This document shows positions 50,441 through 60,103 of a stretch of DNA of 64,000 nucleotides, one piece after another. The position numbers and the translations under genes were made by a program. The notes beneath the pieces are model-generated. The model was not told where the DNA came from, did no database searches, and worked only from the letters and a program-made list of their open reading frames with translations. Positions within the stretch are counted from its first letter, which is position 1. Every line of letters starts with the position of its first letter. The stretch lies in NCBI GenBank assembly GCA_963702895.1, contig OY969767.1, positions 1,454,315 to 1,518,314 on the forward strand, in the 5' to 3' direction. The DNA is from an uncultured Elusimicrobia bacterium. GTDB lineage: Bacteria; Elusimicrobiota; Elusimicrobia; 2-01-FULL-59-12.

Positions 50441-51625
50441 TCAGAAAAGGATCTTCAGGAGCTTCGCGATCAACTGGTCAAGCGGTATCACAAAAAGGAC
50501 AAGCGGCACGAGTGGCAACAGCGCGGCCGCAGCCGTCTCCAGCACGGCGTCCCGGTCGAAAGGGACGACACGCATCCGGTCCACGATCGCATAACTGTTC
50601 GCCAGATCCGCAAGCGATTGGATGTCGGCAGAACCCAAGAGCACCTCAGAAGAGCCTGTATTCTTCTCGTTCCATTTCCGGTCGAAGTCGGACACGTAAC
50701 GGTTCGACAGGGTCCCGTATTCAATTTCCCCCTTCACCTTGGCTCTCCAAAGGGAGGGCATAAACGCGCATAGGGGCCCGAGCGCTATCAGCATCAAAAT
50801 GACAACAAGCACAATCATTTCGAACTTGAAGGAGACGAGACTCGCGCCCTCATAAAGGATCTTACCGGCGACCACACCAGAGAGAATGGAGCTCAGCGCA
50901 AAGAGGACCGGCGAAAAAGCGGTCGCTGTACGCGAGAGGAAGGAGAGGCCTGCCGCATGATCGGGATGGGTCGGAATAAGCTTCAAGGGAAGGCGATTCA
51001 TCCGCCATAGCAAAGAGGTCCACAGGCCCCAGCGGTAAAACCAGCGTAAGAGAATAAACTGAAAGAGCGGCATGCTGACCCAGGAGTACCAGGCACCCGC
51101 AGCCGTCATCTGCGAGCCTTGATCGGTAAACCGGGCGTACCAGGTCGAGGTTTTGAGTGCAATCTCTTGAGAGATCAGGTGGGTCACAGCGAAGACTGTG
51201 ACGATAAGCCCCACCTCGATGGCCGTCGAGTTGCGCCAGCGCAAGACCGAAGCGAGCAAGGATTGAAATCGTGGCAGAGCCTCTGGCAGCACGATCTCCC
51301 GGCCCACAAACTGCTGCAAAGCAGGCTCAAGACGCCTTTGGATGACGCGCTCGGCCAAAATTAGGAGAGGCAGCGCAACGAGAAAACGCGCTTGTGTAGC
51401 CAGGTCATACACAAACGGGACCGGGACGCCCTCAAGGGCTGTGCCCGCCATAACGGACAATAGGAACGGAGGCAGCCACGCGAAGAGCGTGATGACCGTG
51501 ACCCTGCGCCCCAGCAGGTCGAGCGGACCGCTCCCCAGCCGGAGGCGCAGGAGAAGTTGATAAATCGGTCCGCCTGCAGTGAGCGAAAAATCAAGCGGAG
51601 TGCCGGGACGATATTTTTCAGACAT
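50441..51625 (-). CDS. Hypothetical multi-pass membrane protein
   Basis: Several TM helices; FSLTAGGP, THPD.AAGL.FL, DIQSLADL motifs; GAGGGGG SD before ATG 51625. Confidence 0.8.
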   Translation of the reverse strand: MSEKYRPGTPLDFSLTAGGPIYQLLLRLRLGSGPLDLLGRRVTVITLFAWLPPFLLSVMAGTALEGVPVPFVYDLATQARFLVALPLLILAERVIQRRLEPALQQFVGREIVLPEALPRFQSLLASVLRWRNSTAIEVGLIVTVFAVTHLISQEIALKTSTWYARFTDQGSQMTAAGAWYSWVSMPLFQFILLRWFYRWGLWTSLLWRMNRLPLKLIPTHPDHAAGLSFLSRTATAFSPVLFALSSILSGVVAGKILYEGASLVSFKFEMIVLVVILMLIALGPLCAFMPSLWRAKVKGEIEYGTLSNRYVSDFDRKWNEKNTGSSEVLLGSADIQSLADLANSYAIVDRMRVVPFDRDAVLETAAAALLPLVPLVLFVIPLDQLIAKLLKILF

Positions 51626-51656
51626 TAGAACCCCCTCAGGCCATACGATGAGCAAC

Positions 51657-51817
51657 GTCATCCCCCGCGGACGTTAGCGGGGGAACCATCATTACTTTTT
51701 CGTTCGCTGATAGACCCCGGGTCTCCACAAGTCCAGCGACCCTCCGCCACATCCGACACACGTCAGTCGGATCCGCCCAATGCGTGGAGAGCCGGCTTCC
51801 AACCGCCAAGGGGTGAC
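51657..51817. repeat. REP-like doublet with multiply nested hairpin units
   Basis: gtcatcccccgc..gcgggggaaccatcat...tgatagaccccgg[gtctccac..gacc, ctccgccaca, tccgacacacgtcagtcgga..]gccgg..ggggtgac. Confidence 0.8.
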
Positions 51818-51843
51818 GTCTCTCTCAATTTTGCTGGCTCGTA

Positions 51844-52584
51844 TCATTTCGATGATGACTGGATATCCTTCTCTACCTGCCGATAGGCCTGCTCCGACTC
51901 ACGTGAGACTTTCTCGGACATGTCGCGGACCTCATTGGATAGTTGTTTCCGTTTATCTTTCACCTCTTTATCGATGGGTTTCAGGGATTTGGTCAAGCGA
52001 GTGACTTCCTTCTTCAGTGAATCCATTTCCTTCTTGGCGCTTTTGCTGTTCTGTTTCGAAAGCTCAGCGATCTTGGCGTTGGACGACGCGATGTTCTTTT
52101 CAATGTCCTGGCGCCGCTTCAGGGCGCCGCCGATCTCCTTTTCCCATCGCTCCGTGAACTGCTTGAGGGAAGCGATTTCCTTTTCATGGTAGGTGACCAG
52201 TGCCTGAAGCTGCGGGACAGCTGGCGCGGGTGCGGCGTCTGACACGGCAGGCGTCGCTTCGGATTCCTTCTTGGAAACCGCCGCAGGTGCAGGTGTCGCG
52301 GTCGAAACGCTGACTGCAGGCGCCGCCGCAGCCGCCTCGGCGCTCTTGGCCGGCTCGGCAGCCTTCACGTCGGGCGCTGTTTCTTTCGCCGGCTCTGCGG
52401 CCTTGGTGGGCTCGGCCGCTTTCTCTTCGGCTGCCGCGGGTTTCGCTGGCTCAGCAGCTTTCACATCCGTGACCGCCGCCTTCGCCTCGGTTCCCGTCGG
52501 CTCAGCTTCCTTCTTCTCCTGTGCCCCAACAGCGGACGAGAGGCTCCACACCAGCATCAGCACGAGATAGCGTTTCATGTTCAT
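51844..52584 (-). CDS. Secreted protein with KAAEP-rich low-complexity linker and coiled coil
   Basis: Signal peptide (VGA-QE), repeated KAAEP(A/T)K, heptad-rich C-terminus; GAGGAGG SD. Confidence 0.8.
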   Translation of the reverse strand: MNMKRYLVLMLVWSLSSAVGAQEKKEAEPTGTEAKAAVTDVKAAEPAKPAAAEEKAAEPTKAAEPAKETAPDVKAAEPAKSAEAAAAAPAVSVSTATPAPAAVSKKESEATPAVSDAAPAPAVPQLQALVTYHEKEIASLKQFTERWEKEIGGALKRRQDIEKNIASSNAKIAELSKQNSKSAKKEMDSLKKEVTRLTKSLKPIDKEVKDKRKQLSNEVRDMSEKVSRESEQAYRQVEKDIQSSSK

Positions 52585-52620
52585 CCTCCTCGATTTTACT
52601 TTGTCAATTTCAATGATCTT

Positions 52621-53397
52621 CTAGAACGAGATCACGACACCTGCAACAAATTGATTAAACAGAGTAAACGTATAAACCTCGTCGTTATCGGCGCCGCCTT
52701 CGAGCAGCCTGTAGCCGGCTTTAAGGGAAAAGGTCCGGTTGAGATCATACATTCCCGCAAATAAAACGTCCTCGGCTCGGCCTTGCGGGGCTGCGAGGGC
52801 CTCGCCGTCCATCAAGAGATGGAACTTCTCGAAAGGGGTCCATTGGACGAGGAAACTGAAGAGCGGGACGACACCCGTGTTCTTCTTCTCCGAGACCATG
52901 TTCCCGCTCTGGAGCTTGATCGCCGCATCACGCACCTTGAGCGCGCCACCCAACCCAAACTGCCAACTCCCCGGCGTGTCGAACAGGTAACGGTAGATCA
53001 ATCGATACGAATCAAACCGGAACGTCGCGTCCACCGAGGAACCTTGAGAAAAGGTCGATCCGTTGAAATCGACATCCTGGTCCAGCATCCCATGGGATTC
53101 CACGGTCAAGGGCGCGATCAAGACCCCCAGCCAATGACGCTTGGAGAAGGTGTGGCTGTAACGGATCCGGAACGCCGCCGCATTTTCAGACTCCAGGTCG
53201 TCCGTTAGCGAAAACTCGGTGCCTGTATCCCCCGGAATACGGACGTTGATGTAACCGGGCACGACATAAGCCCCTTCCAGGTCAAAAACGTTCTGAGCCA
53301 GCGCGACTGGCACAAGAACAGAACCGATGAGTCCAGCGGCAAAGGCGGTTCTGGCGATCTCCCGACAAAACCCATCTGGCAAGATCTTGATGCCCAC
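52621..53397 (-). CDS. Outer-membrane beta-barrel protein
   Basis: Signal peptide, alternating beta strands, terminal Phe. Confidence 0.75.
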   Translation of the reverse strand: MGIKILPDGFCREIARTAFAAGLIGSVLVPVALAQNVFDLEGAYVVPGYINVRIPGDTGTEFSLTDDLESENAAAFRIRYSHTFSKRHWLGVLIAPLTVESHGMLDQDVDFNGSTFSQGSSVDATFRFDSYRLIYRYLFDTPGSWQFGLGGALKVRDAAIKLQSGNMVSEKKNTGVVPLFSFLVQWTPFEKFHLLMDGEALAAPQGRAEDVLFAGMYDLNRTFSLKAGYRLLEGGADNDEVYTFTLFNQFVAGVVISF

Positions 53398-54158
53398 GTT
53401 TGAATAAACCGCCTACAGTTTTCGATAGGTTTCAGGAGCTTCAAACAAGGCACCGTCTGTCTTGACTGAGCCCGCTTCGAGAACCTCGTTGAGCATCATG
53501 ACGGTGGGGCCCGTCGCACCGAGGGTTTTCTCCATTTCGATGACCCAGAAGGGACGTTCTGAGCTGGCCAGAGGCTTGCGCTCATCGGATTCGGGAGGTG
53601 CTCCAAGCCCCGCCGCCAGAGAGGCGACAAATTCCGTGATCTCACCCGAGGCTCCGGGAGCCCCTTCCGCTTTCGGTTGCCAGCTCCAGGCGGCAAGCTG
53701 TCGCACGGTCACCCCTTGGATCTGGGCGCGCGCGCCGCGGTAGGCCGCTTGGATCTTCTTGAAGTCTTCTGGGTTGCCGTTCATCTCGAGGAGCTGTTTA
53801 TTGAGCGTCCTCAGCAGCCAGCCGAGCGTCAGCTGCTCGGACCGATGCTGGGTTAAGAGATCCTCGCTGAAGCGCTCCTCCGCTTTCCGAAACTGAACGA
53901 CCGAGGCGGCTTTCTCGGTCACCCACAGTTTTTCGAGCAGCGTCTCGGTCGCGACCACTTGCCCTGTGCCGGCGTTCGAGAAATCCACCTCCACGCGGAT
54001 CGTATAGGACTGGCATGGAAAACCGTTGACTTTCGCCGAGCCCAGCGGGCCTGTGACACGGGGTTCAATTCGTGAGACTTTGAGAGAAGCTGGATCCATG
54101 GAAGCGCCGGACACCGCCGGGCCGCCCTCATCGAAGGACGGTACATAGGGTGCCACAC

Positions 54159-55430
54159 CACTGGTGTCCGGTAAAAGTTAGCCGAAGCTTAGCCATAGCT
54201 GAGGCTCCATAGTTCGAACTTTTGAAAGATTCTTTTCGGGCATACGCAATAGATCGATGAGACTGAGCCGGTCGAGAAGGGTATTCTGAACCAACCGGTG
54301 CAGCAAGAACAGCGAACGCTGGAATCGTGTCTGGAACTTGATGTAGGCCAGGAGCAGGAAATAGCACAAGGCCACCCAGATTTGGGTAAAGACGGCATTT
54401 TTGGAAGTGCCGAGGAACGTTTTGATTTTGAGATGCTGCTTGAGCCACTTGAAGAACAGCTCGATCTGCCAACGGGCCTTATAGATTTGGGCAATGGTGA
54501 AAGCGGCCAGTTTGAAGTTATTGGTCATAAACTGGTAAGTGATGGCGGTGTCGGCATCGTAGTAGCCGATGAGTCGTAAAGGTTTCTTGTATTTCGTCTT
54601 GGTGCGTGGGCCTGTAAGCTCAATGGTGCGATCGTACAACAGGCCGTTTTTTAAGGGAATTTCTTGCTGTCCGGTGATGCGGCAGGTGAGGTTGTCTTTG
54701 GCACGGGTGACGAAGAAAGAGCCGAGATCGTCGATCTGACGGTACCAGCCGTAATCCATGTAGCCGCGGTCGAAGACATAGATGCTGTCCGGTTCTAAGG
54801 GAAAAAGACGTTTGGCGGCATGGTCGAAGCACTTTCCATCGGTGATGACGGCAAAGGAAGGGATTTGGCCACGCAAGTCCAGTTGGCAATGCAGTTTGAT
54901 CGCTCCTTTGGCCTGTTTAAAGGTGGCCCAAGGGAAAAGGTTCAGGCACAGTTCCATGTTCGTGGAATCGAAGCAGGTCACTTTGTGTTTAAAACGGAAC
55001 TGATGCTTAGGCGCGATGGCTTGGCACCGATCCAGCAGGTGATAGAAGAGCTTTTCCATGATGCGCCAGTCGCGCCCAGCGTTAGCGTCAGCCAGGGTAG
55101 AACGTTTCACTGGCGGCAGCCCCAAGTGATAGAGCTTGGGTTGTTGCGTGCCTAAAGCCGTCTGGATGTCACGCAGGCTTGTTTTACCGCTGGCCTGAGC
55201 ATAGAGGAGTGTCGTGAGCTGGTTCCAAGTCGAGAATTTTTTAACGTAGGCGTCGCCGCCGAAGCCAGAAACGGCTTGGTCGAACTGATGTCGTGGTAAA
55301 AGGAGAAGCAGTTGGTTCATTATGGTGTTAGAATGCATGAGCGAAATCCTCCCTCGGACAGAATGGTTTGCTTGGTCGCAATCATTCTACCGAACCAGGG
55401 GGATTTCGCATTTTTAACCGGACACGAGTG
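54159..55430 (-). mobile_element. IS4-family insertion sequence, copy 2 (1272 bp)
   Basis: Same TIRs as copy 1; 9-bp TSD GTGCCACAC (54150-54158, 55431-55439). Confidence 0.95.
54178..55338 (-). CDS. IS4-family DDE transposase
   Basis: Protein identical to 45351-46511. Confidence 0.95.
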   Translation of the reverse strand: MHSNTIMNQLLLLLPRHQFDQAVSGFGGDAYVKKFSTWNQLTTLLYAQASGKTSLRDIQTALGTQQPKLYHLGLPPVKRSTLADANAGRDWRIMEKLFYHLLDRCQAIAPKHQFRFKHKVTCFDSTNMELCLNLFPWATFKQAKGAIKLHCQLDLRGQIPSFAVITDGKCFDHAAKRLFPLEPDSIYVFDRGYMDYGWYRQIDDLGSFFVTRAKDNLTCRITGQQEIPLKNGLLYDRTIELTGPRTKTKYKKPLRLIGYYDADTAITYQFMTNNFKLAAFTIAQIYKARWQIELFFKWLKQHLKIKTFLGTSKNAVFTQIWVALCYFLLLAYIKFQTRFQRSLFLLHRLVQNTLLDRLSLIDLLRMPEKNLSKVRTMEPQLWLSFG

Positions 55431-55783
55431 GTGCCACACTGTAGGTTTTTGCTTGAGAATCCAAGTGGATCTGAACCCCTCTATCCAGCCGATCGATGAT
55501 GGTGGATGTGGCAGGGACCTCCCCGGAAGCCCATCCCTTGACTGTGGTTTTGAGATCGGTGCGCTTCGCCGGATGACTGATCACCACACGGCGCTCGGCA
55601 TCAATCGAAAAACCTGAACTATAGACCGCAACATGGACTTTCGCCTTTGTGGCCGCCTGGCTGAGTCCGGCGAAAAGAATGACAAAACATAACGCCTTAG
55701 CGGCGGTGCTCCGTATTAAGAATTTCATGACGAGTCTCCTTTGTGCGATTCAATACAAATCTGCCCGGCAGATGATCCGCTTC

Positions 55784-56117
55784 GTCATCCCCGCGGAAGC
55801 GGGCCCTCCACACAGCCGGCGGGCCCGTCCGCCGGATTTGTGGAGGACGGGGACCCATGAGACTAACCGGAAAACTGTAGTTGCCGTCACCCCGGCACGT
55901 CGTAAGCCGGCCCTCCAGACTACCGGCGGGCCGTCCGCCCTGCCGTGTGGCGGACGGGGTCTATCATCGACGTATAAAACATGATGGATCCCCCACTTAC
56001 GACCGTGGGGGATGACGGCACTAAAAAGTCCCGACGTCTCAATCGATAAACAACGCCCAACCGAACGTTTCCGGCTGATAGAAACGAGGACGAAATCCCC
56101 GCTTTCGCGAGCATGAC
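55784..56117. repeat. Nested repeat cluster: outer REP pair enclosing a MITE-like unit that contains an inner REP doublet; both left arms carry hairpin dimers
   Basis: Outer gtcatccccgcggaagcggg..(55784) / ..ccccgctttcgcgagcatgac (56117); ctaaccggaaaac..gtttccggctgatag (55863-56080); inner doublet 55886-56016. Confidence 0.85.
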
Positions 56118-56172
56118 AACAGGGTTGCGAGAAAAGCCACCATCACGCTTTATCAAACGACCAACTTCGTGA

Positions 56173-57207
56173 TCAGAGGATGAGATCGATGCTCGATTTG
56201 AGCCCCTTCATTGCCGCCTCGTTAAAATCAAACCATTCCGCGGGTTTGGTCTTGCCGGCAGACATTTTTTGGTGCGCGCGGACCCAGGTGATCGAGATCA
56301 GGCGGAATTGCTTCACCTCCTGGTGGATCTGGCTCTCCAGGCGCTGGAGTTCGCGGTGTGTTTCCCGGTAGGTTTGCCAATCCGGCTCAATCTCCTTCTG
56401 AATTTTGTGCATGATATCGAACTTCCCCATCAGATATTTGACCATCGCCATCAGTTGATCATACGTCGGCTTGCCTTGGGGAATGAGTTTCGGATCGCGA
56501 ATCTGCTGGCTCTTCATGAGGTCCTTGTAGGCGCTATCGTCCTTACGGCCCGTACGGTAGATGTACGAGAGCGCTCTCAAAACGTCATATTTTTCGCGGT
56601 CCAGGGCTCCCTGATAGGCAATGACTTCCGCGTAGCGGGTGTCAATTTTCTTTTCCAACTTTCTGGCCACGACACCGGTAGCGGCGTCAACCTGGTTGAG
56701 CGTCTGATCCATAAACCGACCCATTCCGGTGATGAGAGGCTGGGCGGTCCGCAATGCCTCCAGAAGATGCTTTTGCTTTCGGACATCACGCAGCACCCCC
56801 TCATAATGCCCCGGTGGAAGCTCCAGGGCTTTCTGGATACCGCCCTGGATCTGAGCCAGGTAGTCCGCGTATTGCTGGATCCGCTCCGATTCGCTGCGGC
56901 CCGATTCGGAAATGGTGACGAGCTGGAGGGAGTATCGGACAATACCCTTCAGGACCTTATCCGAGTCATCGGCGGCCTTGAACAGCGCGGATTCTTCCGG
57001 CTCACCCTTGGCAATGAATTCCCTGGTATAGATGGCATTGCCTCGGGTGAACCCGAAATTCGCGTCCTTCATCATGGTCACCGTGGCGTCGGTGAAATAC
57101 CCAATATCCGCTTGCGTGCTGGATGTGAATTTCCCGCCGAAAGTCGCACAACCCGTCATCAATGCGGCCATCAGGACAACGATGAGACACAATGAATTTC
57201 GGCGCAA
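56173..57207 (-). CDS. Hypothetical lipoprotein
   Basis: AAGGAGGA SD then TTG; MRRNSLCLIVVLMAALMTG-C lipobox; alternative start 57300. Confidence 0.78.
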   Translation of the reverse strand: MRRNSLCLIVVLMAALMTGCATFGGKFTSSTQADIGYFTDATVTMMKDANFGFTRGNAIYTREFIAKGEPEESALFKAADDSDKVLKGIVRYSLQLVTISESGRSESERIQQYADYLAQIQGGIQKALELPPGHYEGVLRDVRKQKHLLEALRTAQPLITGMGRFMDQTLNQVDAATGVVARKLEKKIDTRYAEVIAYQGALDREKYDVLRALSYIYRTGRKDDSAYKDLMKSQQIRDPKLIPQGKPTYDQLMAMVKYLMGKFDIMHKIQKEIEPDWQTYRETHRELQRLESQIHQEVKQFRLISITWVRAHQKMSAGKTKPAEWFDFNEAAMKGLKSSIDLIL

Positions 57208-57296
57208 GGAATCCTCCTTGGATGTGAGATAGGGTTTGAGCTCTGAGCGGAGTGTGGTCATGGAATTTCGCACCTCTGACACTTCTGCCTTGACGG

Positions 57297-60011
57297 TCAT
57301 TTGACGCTTCGAAGGACCGCTTGCCGCCCTTTTTTCAAGAATTCTTCCTGCCCGACGGCCCCGTAGACATGAATGGCCTGGGCCACGAGGCCTGTCCAGC
57401 CTGTTTGGTGGCTGGCCCCGATGCCCGCTCCGGTGTCCCCGTGAAAGTATTCATAATAGAGAATCAGATCCTTCCAATGGGGATCTTTCTGGAATTTTTC
57501 GATAGATCCGTGAACAGGACGCCGGCCTTTTTTGTCCCGCAGGAAAATCCCCGCGAGGCGCCGGGCGATTTCCTCGCTCACTTCGTAGAGGGTCATCATC
57601 TTCCCGGAGCCGGTGGGGCATTCCACCTTGAAAGAATCACCATAGAAAAGATACTGCTGCCGGAGCGCGCGAAGGAGGAGCTGGTTCACAGGCATCCAGA
57701 TGGGGCCGCGCCAGTTCGAATTTCCGCCGAACATCCCCGTATTAGAGTCGCCCGGAACATAATCCACGCGGTATTCCTGGCCGTTCACATGGAAAACATA
57801 GGGCTTTTTCTCGTGAACCTTGGAAAGCGCCCGGATTCCGTAAGGGCTTAAGAATTCGTTTTCGTCGAGGAGATAAGACAAGAGTCGCCTCAGTTTCTTC
57901 TCATCCACTACGGTGAGAAGCCTCCGGTCCTGGAAGCCTTTGGCTCCGATCGTGCTGTTGGCTGCTTTGAGTTCCGGGTGGCGAGCCAAGTACGCTTGTA
58001 TTTTCTCCACCGCACGCGGGAATTTGTTTCGGAGCTCAGGTTCCACAAGGGTAGACGCGCAAAGGGGCAGAAACCCCACCATGGACCTGATCCGGAGGCG
58101 CTGGTTCTGGCCGTTCGGCAGGCAGAGCACGTCATAGAAAAACCCGTCTTTCTCGTCCCACATTTTGTCATCACGCTCGCCCGGCTGGTCCATGGCGGCA
58201 GAGATGGAGGCGAAATGTTCCACGAACTTGAGGACCATCGATTCATAGACGGGATCGTGGAGCGCCAACTCCATTGCCAACTCCAGCATGTTCTGCGCGA
58301 AAAGCGCCATCCACGCCGTGCCATCGGCTTGTTCGAGATAACCGCCGGTCGGCAAGGGCGAGCTTCGGTCAAAGACGCCGATGTTGTCCATTCCGAGGAA
58401 CCCGCCTTCAAAGGCGTTTTTCCCATTACGGTCTTTGCGATTGACCCACCACGTAAAGTTCAAGAGCAGCTTGTGGAAAGAATCCTTCAGGAAGGCGATG
58501 TCCCCTTCCCCTTTTTGCGATTTTTCGATGAGGTAGATGAAGAGCGTCGAAAAAGCGTGAACGGGCGGGTTCACGTCCCCAAAATTCCATTCATAAGCTG
58601 GGATTTGACCATTGGGATGGAGGTAAACCTCGCGCAGCATCAGTTTCAGCTGATCTTTGGCGAAGTCAATGTCAACCAGAGCTAAGGCCTGAGTGTGGAA
58701 AGCCAAGTCCCACGCGGCATACCAAGGGTATTCCCATTTGTCCGGCATCGAGATGATGTCGTCGTTGACCATGTGATACCAAGCGCGATTTCGGACCGCC
58801 TGATTGCCCGATTTGTAGGGATCGCTTCCATGTTCCTGGAGCCACTTTTTCACGTCGTAATAAAAATACTGTTTGCTCCAGAGCATTCCGGCGATGGCTT
58901 GCCGGTACACCGCCTTCTGGTCGGCGCTCAAGCCTTTTGGCATAGCCTGGTCATAGAAGGAATCGGCTTCCGCTTGGCGGACGACAAAAGCTTGTTCAAA
59001 GGGGTCGCCAAAGGGCGCAGCGAGGTTGGAGGGAGCGGTCTGTGTGAGACGCAGACGAACGGTCTCCGAGCTTTTCGGCTTGACCTTGAGGAGAAAGTCC
59101 GCCGCGGCCTTTGTCCCTCGCTGCTTAGGATTCACATATTTGGCATCCCCTTTGATCAGAGTGTCGTTGATCGCGTCTTTCACATGGGGGCTCGGATTGG
59201 CTTGGCCGTAGAGCCGGTTGACGTTGGTTTCATTTTCCGTGAACAAAAGAGGAACATCGCCTTCGCTGTAGAGGTAATAATCACCGAGGGCTGAGTGTTC
59301 GGCCATCATGACGCTCGTCCCTTTGGCAGCTGGGATTTTCCTCAGAAGCGGTTTGGGAGCGCCTTTGTCCCACGACCAGGTGTTGCGAAACCACAGATGC
59401 GGCAAGAGGTGCAGAGTGGCTTCCTCCGGCCCGCGGTTGCATGCTGTGATTTTGATCAGGATATCGTCCGGCCCTTCTTTGGCATATTCCACGAATACGT
59501 CCCAGTACCGGTCGTCATCGAAAACGCCCGTATCCAGGAGTTCGTATTCCAGCTCGGTCTTGGACCTTTGGCGGTTGGTGCGGACAAGGTCATCGTAGGG
59601 AAAGGCCTTTTGGGGGTATTTGTATAGGTACTTCATGTACGAATGCGTGGGGGTGCTGTCTAAATAGAAGTAATATTCTTTGACGTCCTCGCCGTGGTTG
59701 CCTTCGGAATTGGTCAGGCCGAAGGCACGTTCTTTGATGATGGGATCTTTTCCGTTCCAGAGGGCGAGCGCAAAACAAAGCCTTTGCTTTTCATCCGAGA
59801 ACCCGGCCAGACCATCTTCTCCCCAATGGTAGGCCCGCGAGCGCGCGTGATCATGCGGAAAATAGTCCCAAGCGTTGCCGTCCGCGCTGTAATCTTCGCG
59901 CACCGTGCCCCACTGGCGCTCGCTCAAGTAAGGGCCCCACTTCTTCCAAGAGACACCTTCCCTGGATTCGGCCAGACGCTTCTGTTCAGCGTTCTTGGTT
60001 GTCGATATCAT
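57297..60011 (-). CDS. GH63/MGH1-like glucosidase
   Basis: WGPYLSERQWGTVREDYS, SMPDKWEYPWYAAWD, YEWNFGDVNPP, EYFHGD.G.G.GASHQTGW. Confidence 0.93.
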   Translation of the reverse strand: MISTTKNAEQKRLAESREGVSWKKWGPYLSERQWGTVREDYSADGNAWDYFPHDHARSRAYHWGEDGLAGFSDEKQRLCFALALWNGKDPIIKERAFGLTNSEGNHGEDVKEYYFYLDSTPTHSYMKYLYKYPQKAFPYDDLVRTNRQRSKTELEYELLDTGVFDDDRYWDVFVEYAKEGPDDILIKITACNRGPEEATLHLLPHLWFRNTWSWDKGAPKPLLRKIPAAKGTSVMMAEHSALGDYYLYSEGDVPLLFTENETNVNRLYGQANPSPHVKDAINDTLIKGDAKYVNPKQRGTKAAADFLLKVKPKSSETVRLRLTQTAPSNLAAPFGDPFEQAFVVRQAEADSFYDQAMPKGLSADQKAVYRQAIAGMLWSKQYFYYDVKKWLQEHGSDPYKSGNQAVRNRAWYHMVNDDIISMPDKWEYPWYAAWDLAFHTQALALVDIDFAKDQLKLMLREVYLHPNGQIPAYEWNFGDVNPPVHAFSTLFIYLIEKSQKGEGDIAFLKDSFHKLLLNFTWWVNRKDRNGKNAFEGGFLGMDNIGVFDRSSPLPTGGYLEQADGTAWMALFAQNMLELAMELALHDPVYESMVLKFVEHFASISAAMDQPGERDDKMWDEKDGFFYDVLCLPNGQNQRLRIRSMVGFLPLCASTLVEPELRNKFPRAVEKIQAYLARHPELKAANSTIGAKGFQDRRLLTVVDEKKLRRLLSYLLDENEFLSPYGIRALSKVHEKKPYVFHVNGQEYRVDYVPGDSNTGMFGGNSNWRGPIWMPVNQLLLRALRQQYLFYGDSFKVECPTGSGKMMTLYEVSEEIARRLAGIFLRDKKGRRPVHGSIEKFQKDPHWKDLILYYEYFHGDTGAGIGASHQTGWTGLVAQAIHVYGAVGQEEFLKKGRQAVLRSVK

Positions 60012-60103
60012 GAATAGTCCTCCACGATCGGAAACGAAATGCCCCCACGATCAAACCCGCGCACGGCCAGACCCAATGATAGCTTTTCAAGGCTTCTTGT
60101 TCG

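Larger units (their letters stand above)
53413..55728 (-). pseudogene. Secreted hypothetical protein (DUF4412-like features) interrupted by IS4 copy 2
   Basis: MKFLIRS...AKTYSVAP joins YVPSFDEGG... in frame across the TSD; KVNGFPCQSY, LWVT, LFEAP..Y. Confidence 0.8.

Noticed and set aside
45332-55430. Composite transposon inserted as one unit
   Set aside because: Each IS has its own TSD and the outer flanks do not match.
40574-56117. Hairpin repeats as a CRISPR array or integron attC sites
   Set aside because: They are dispersed, lack a regular repeat-spacer period and consistent RYYYAAC/GTTRRRY ends, and no cas or intI gene is present.
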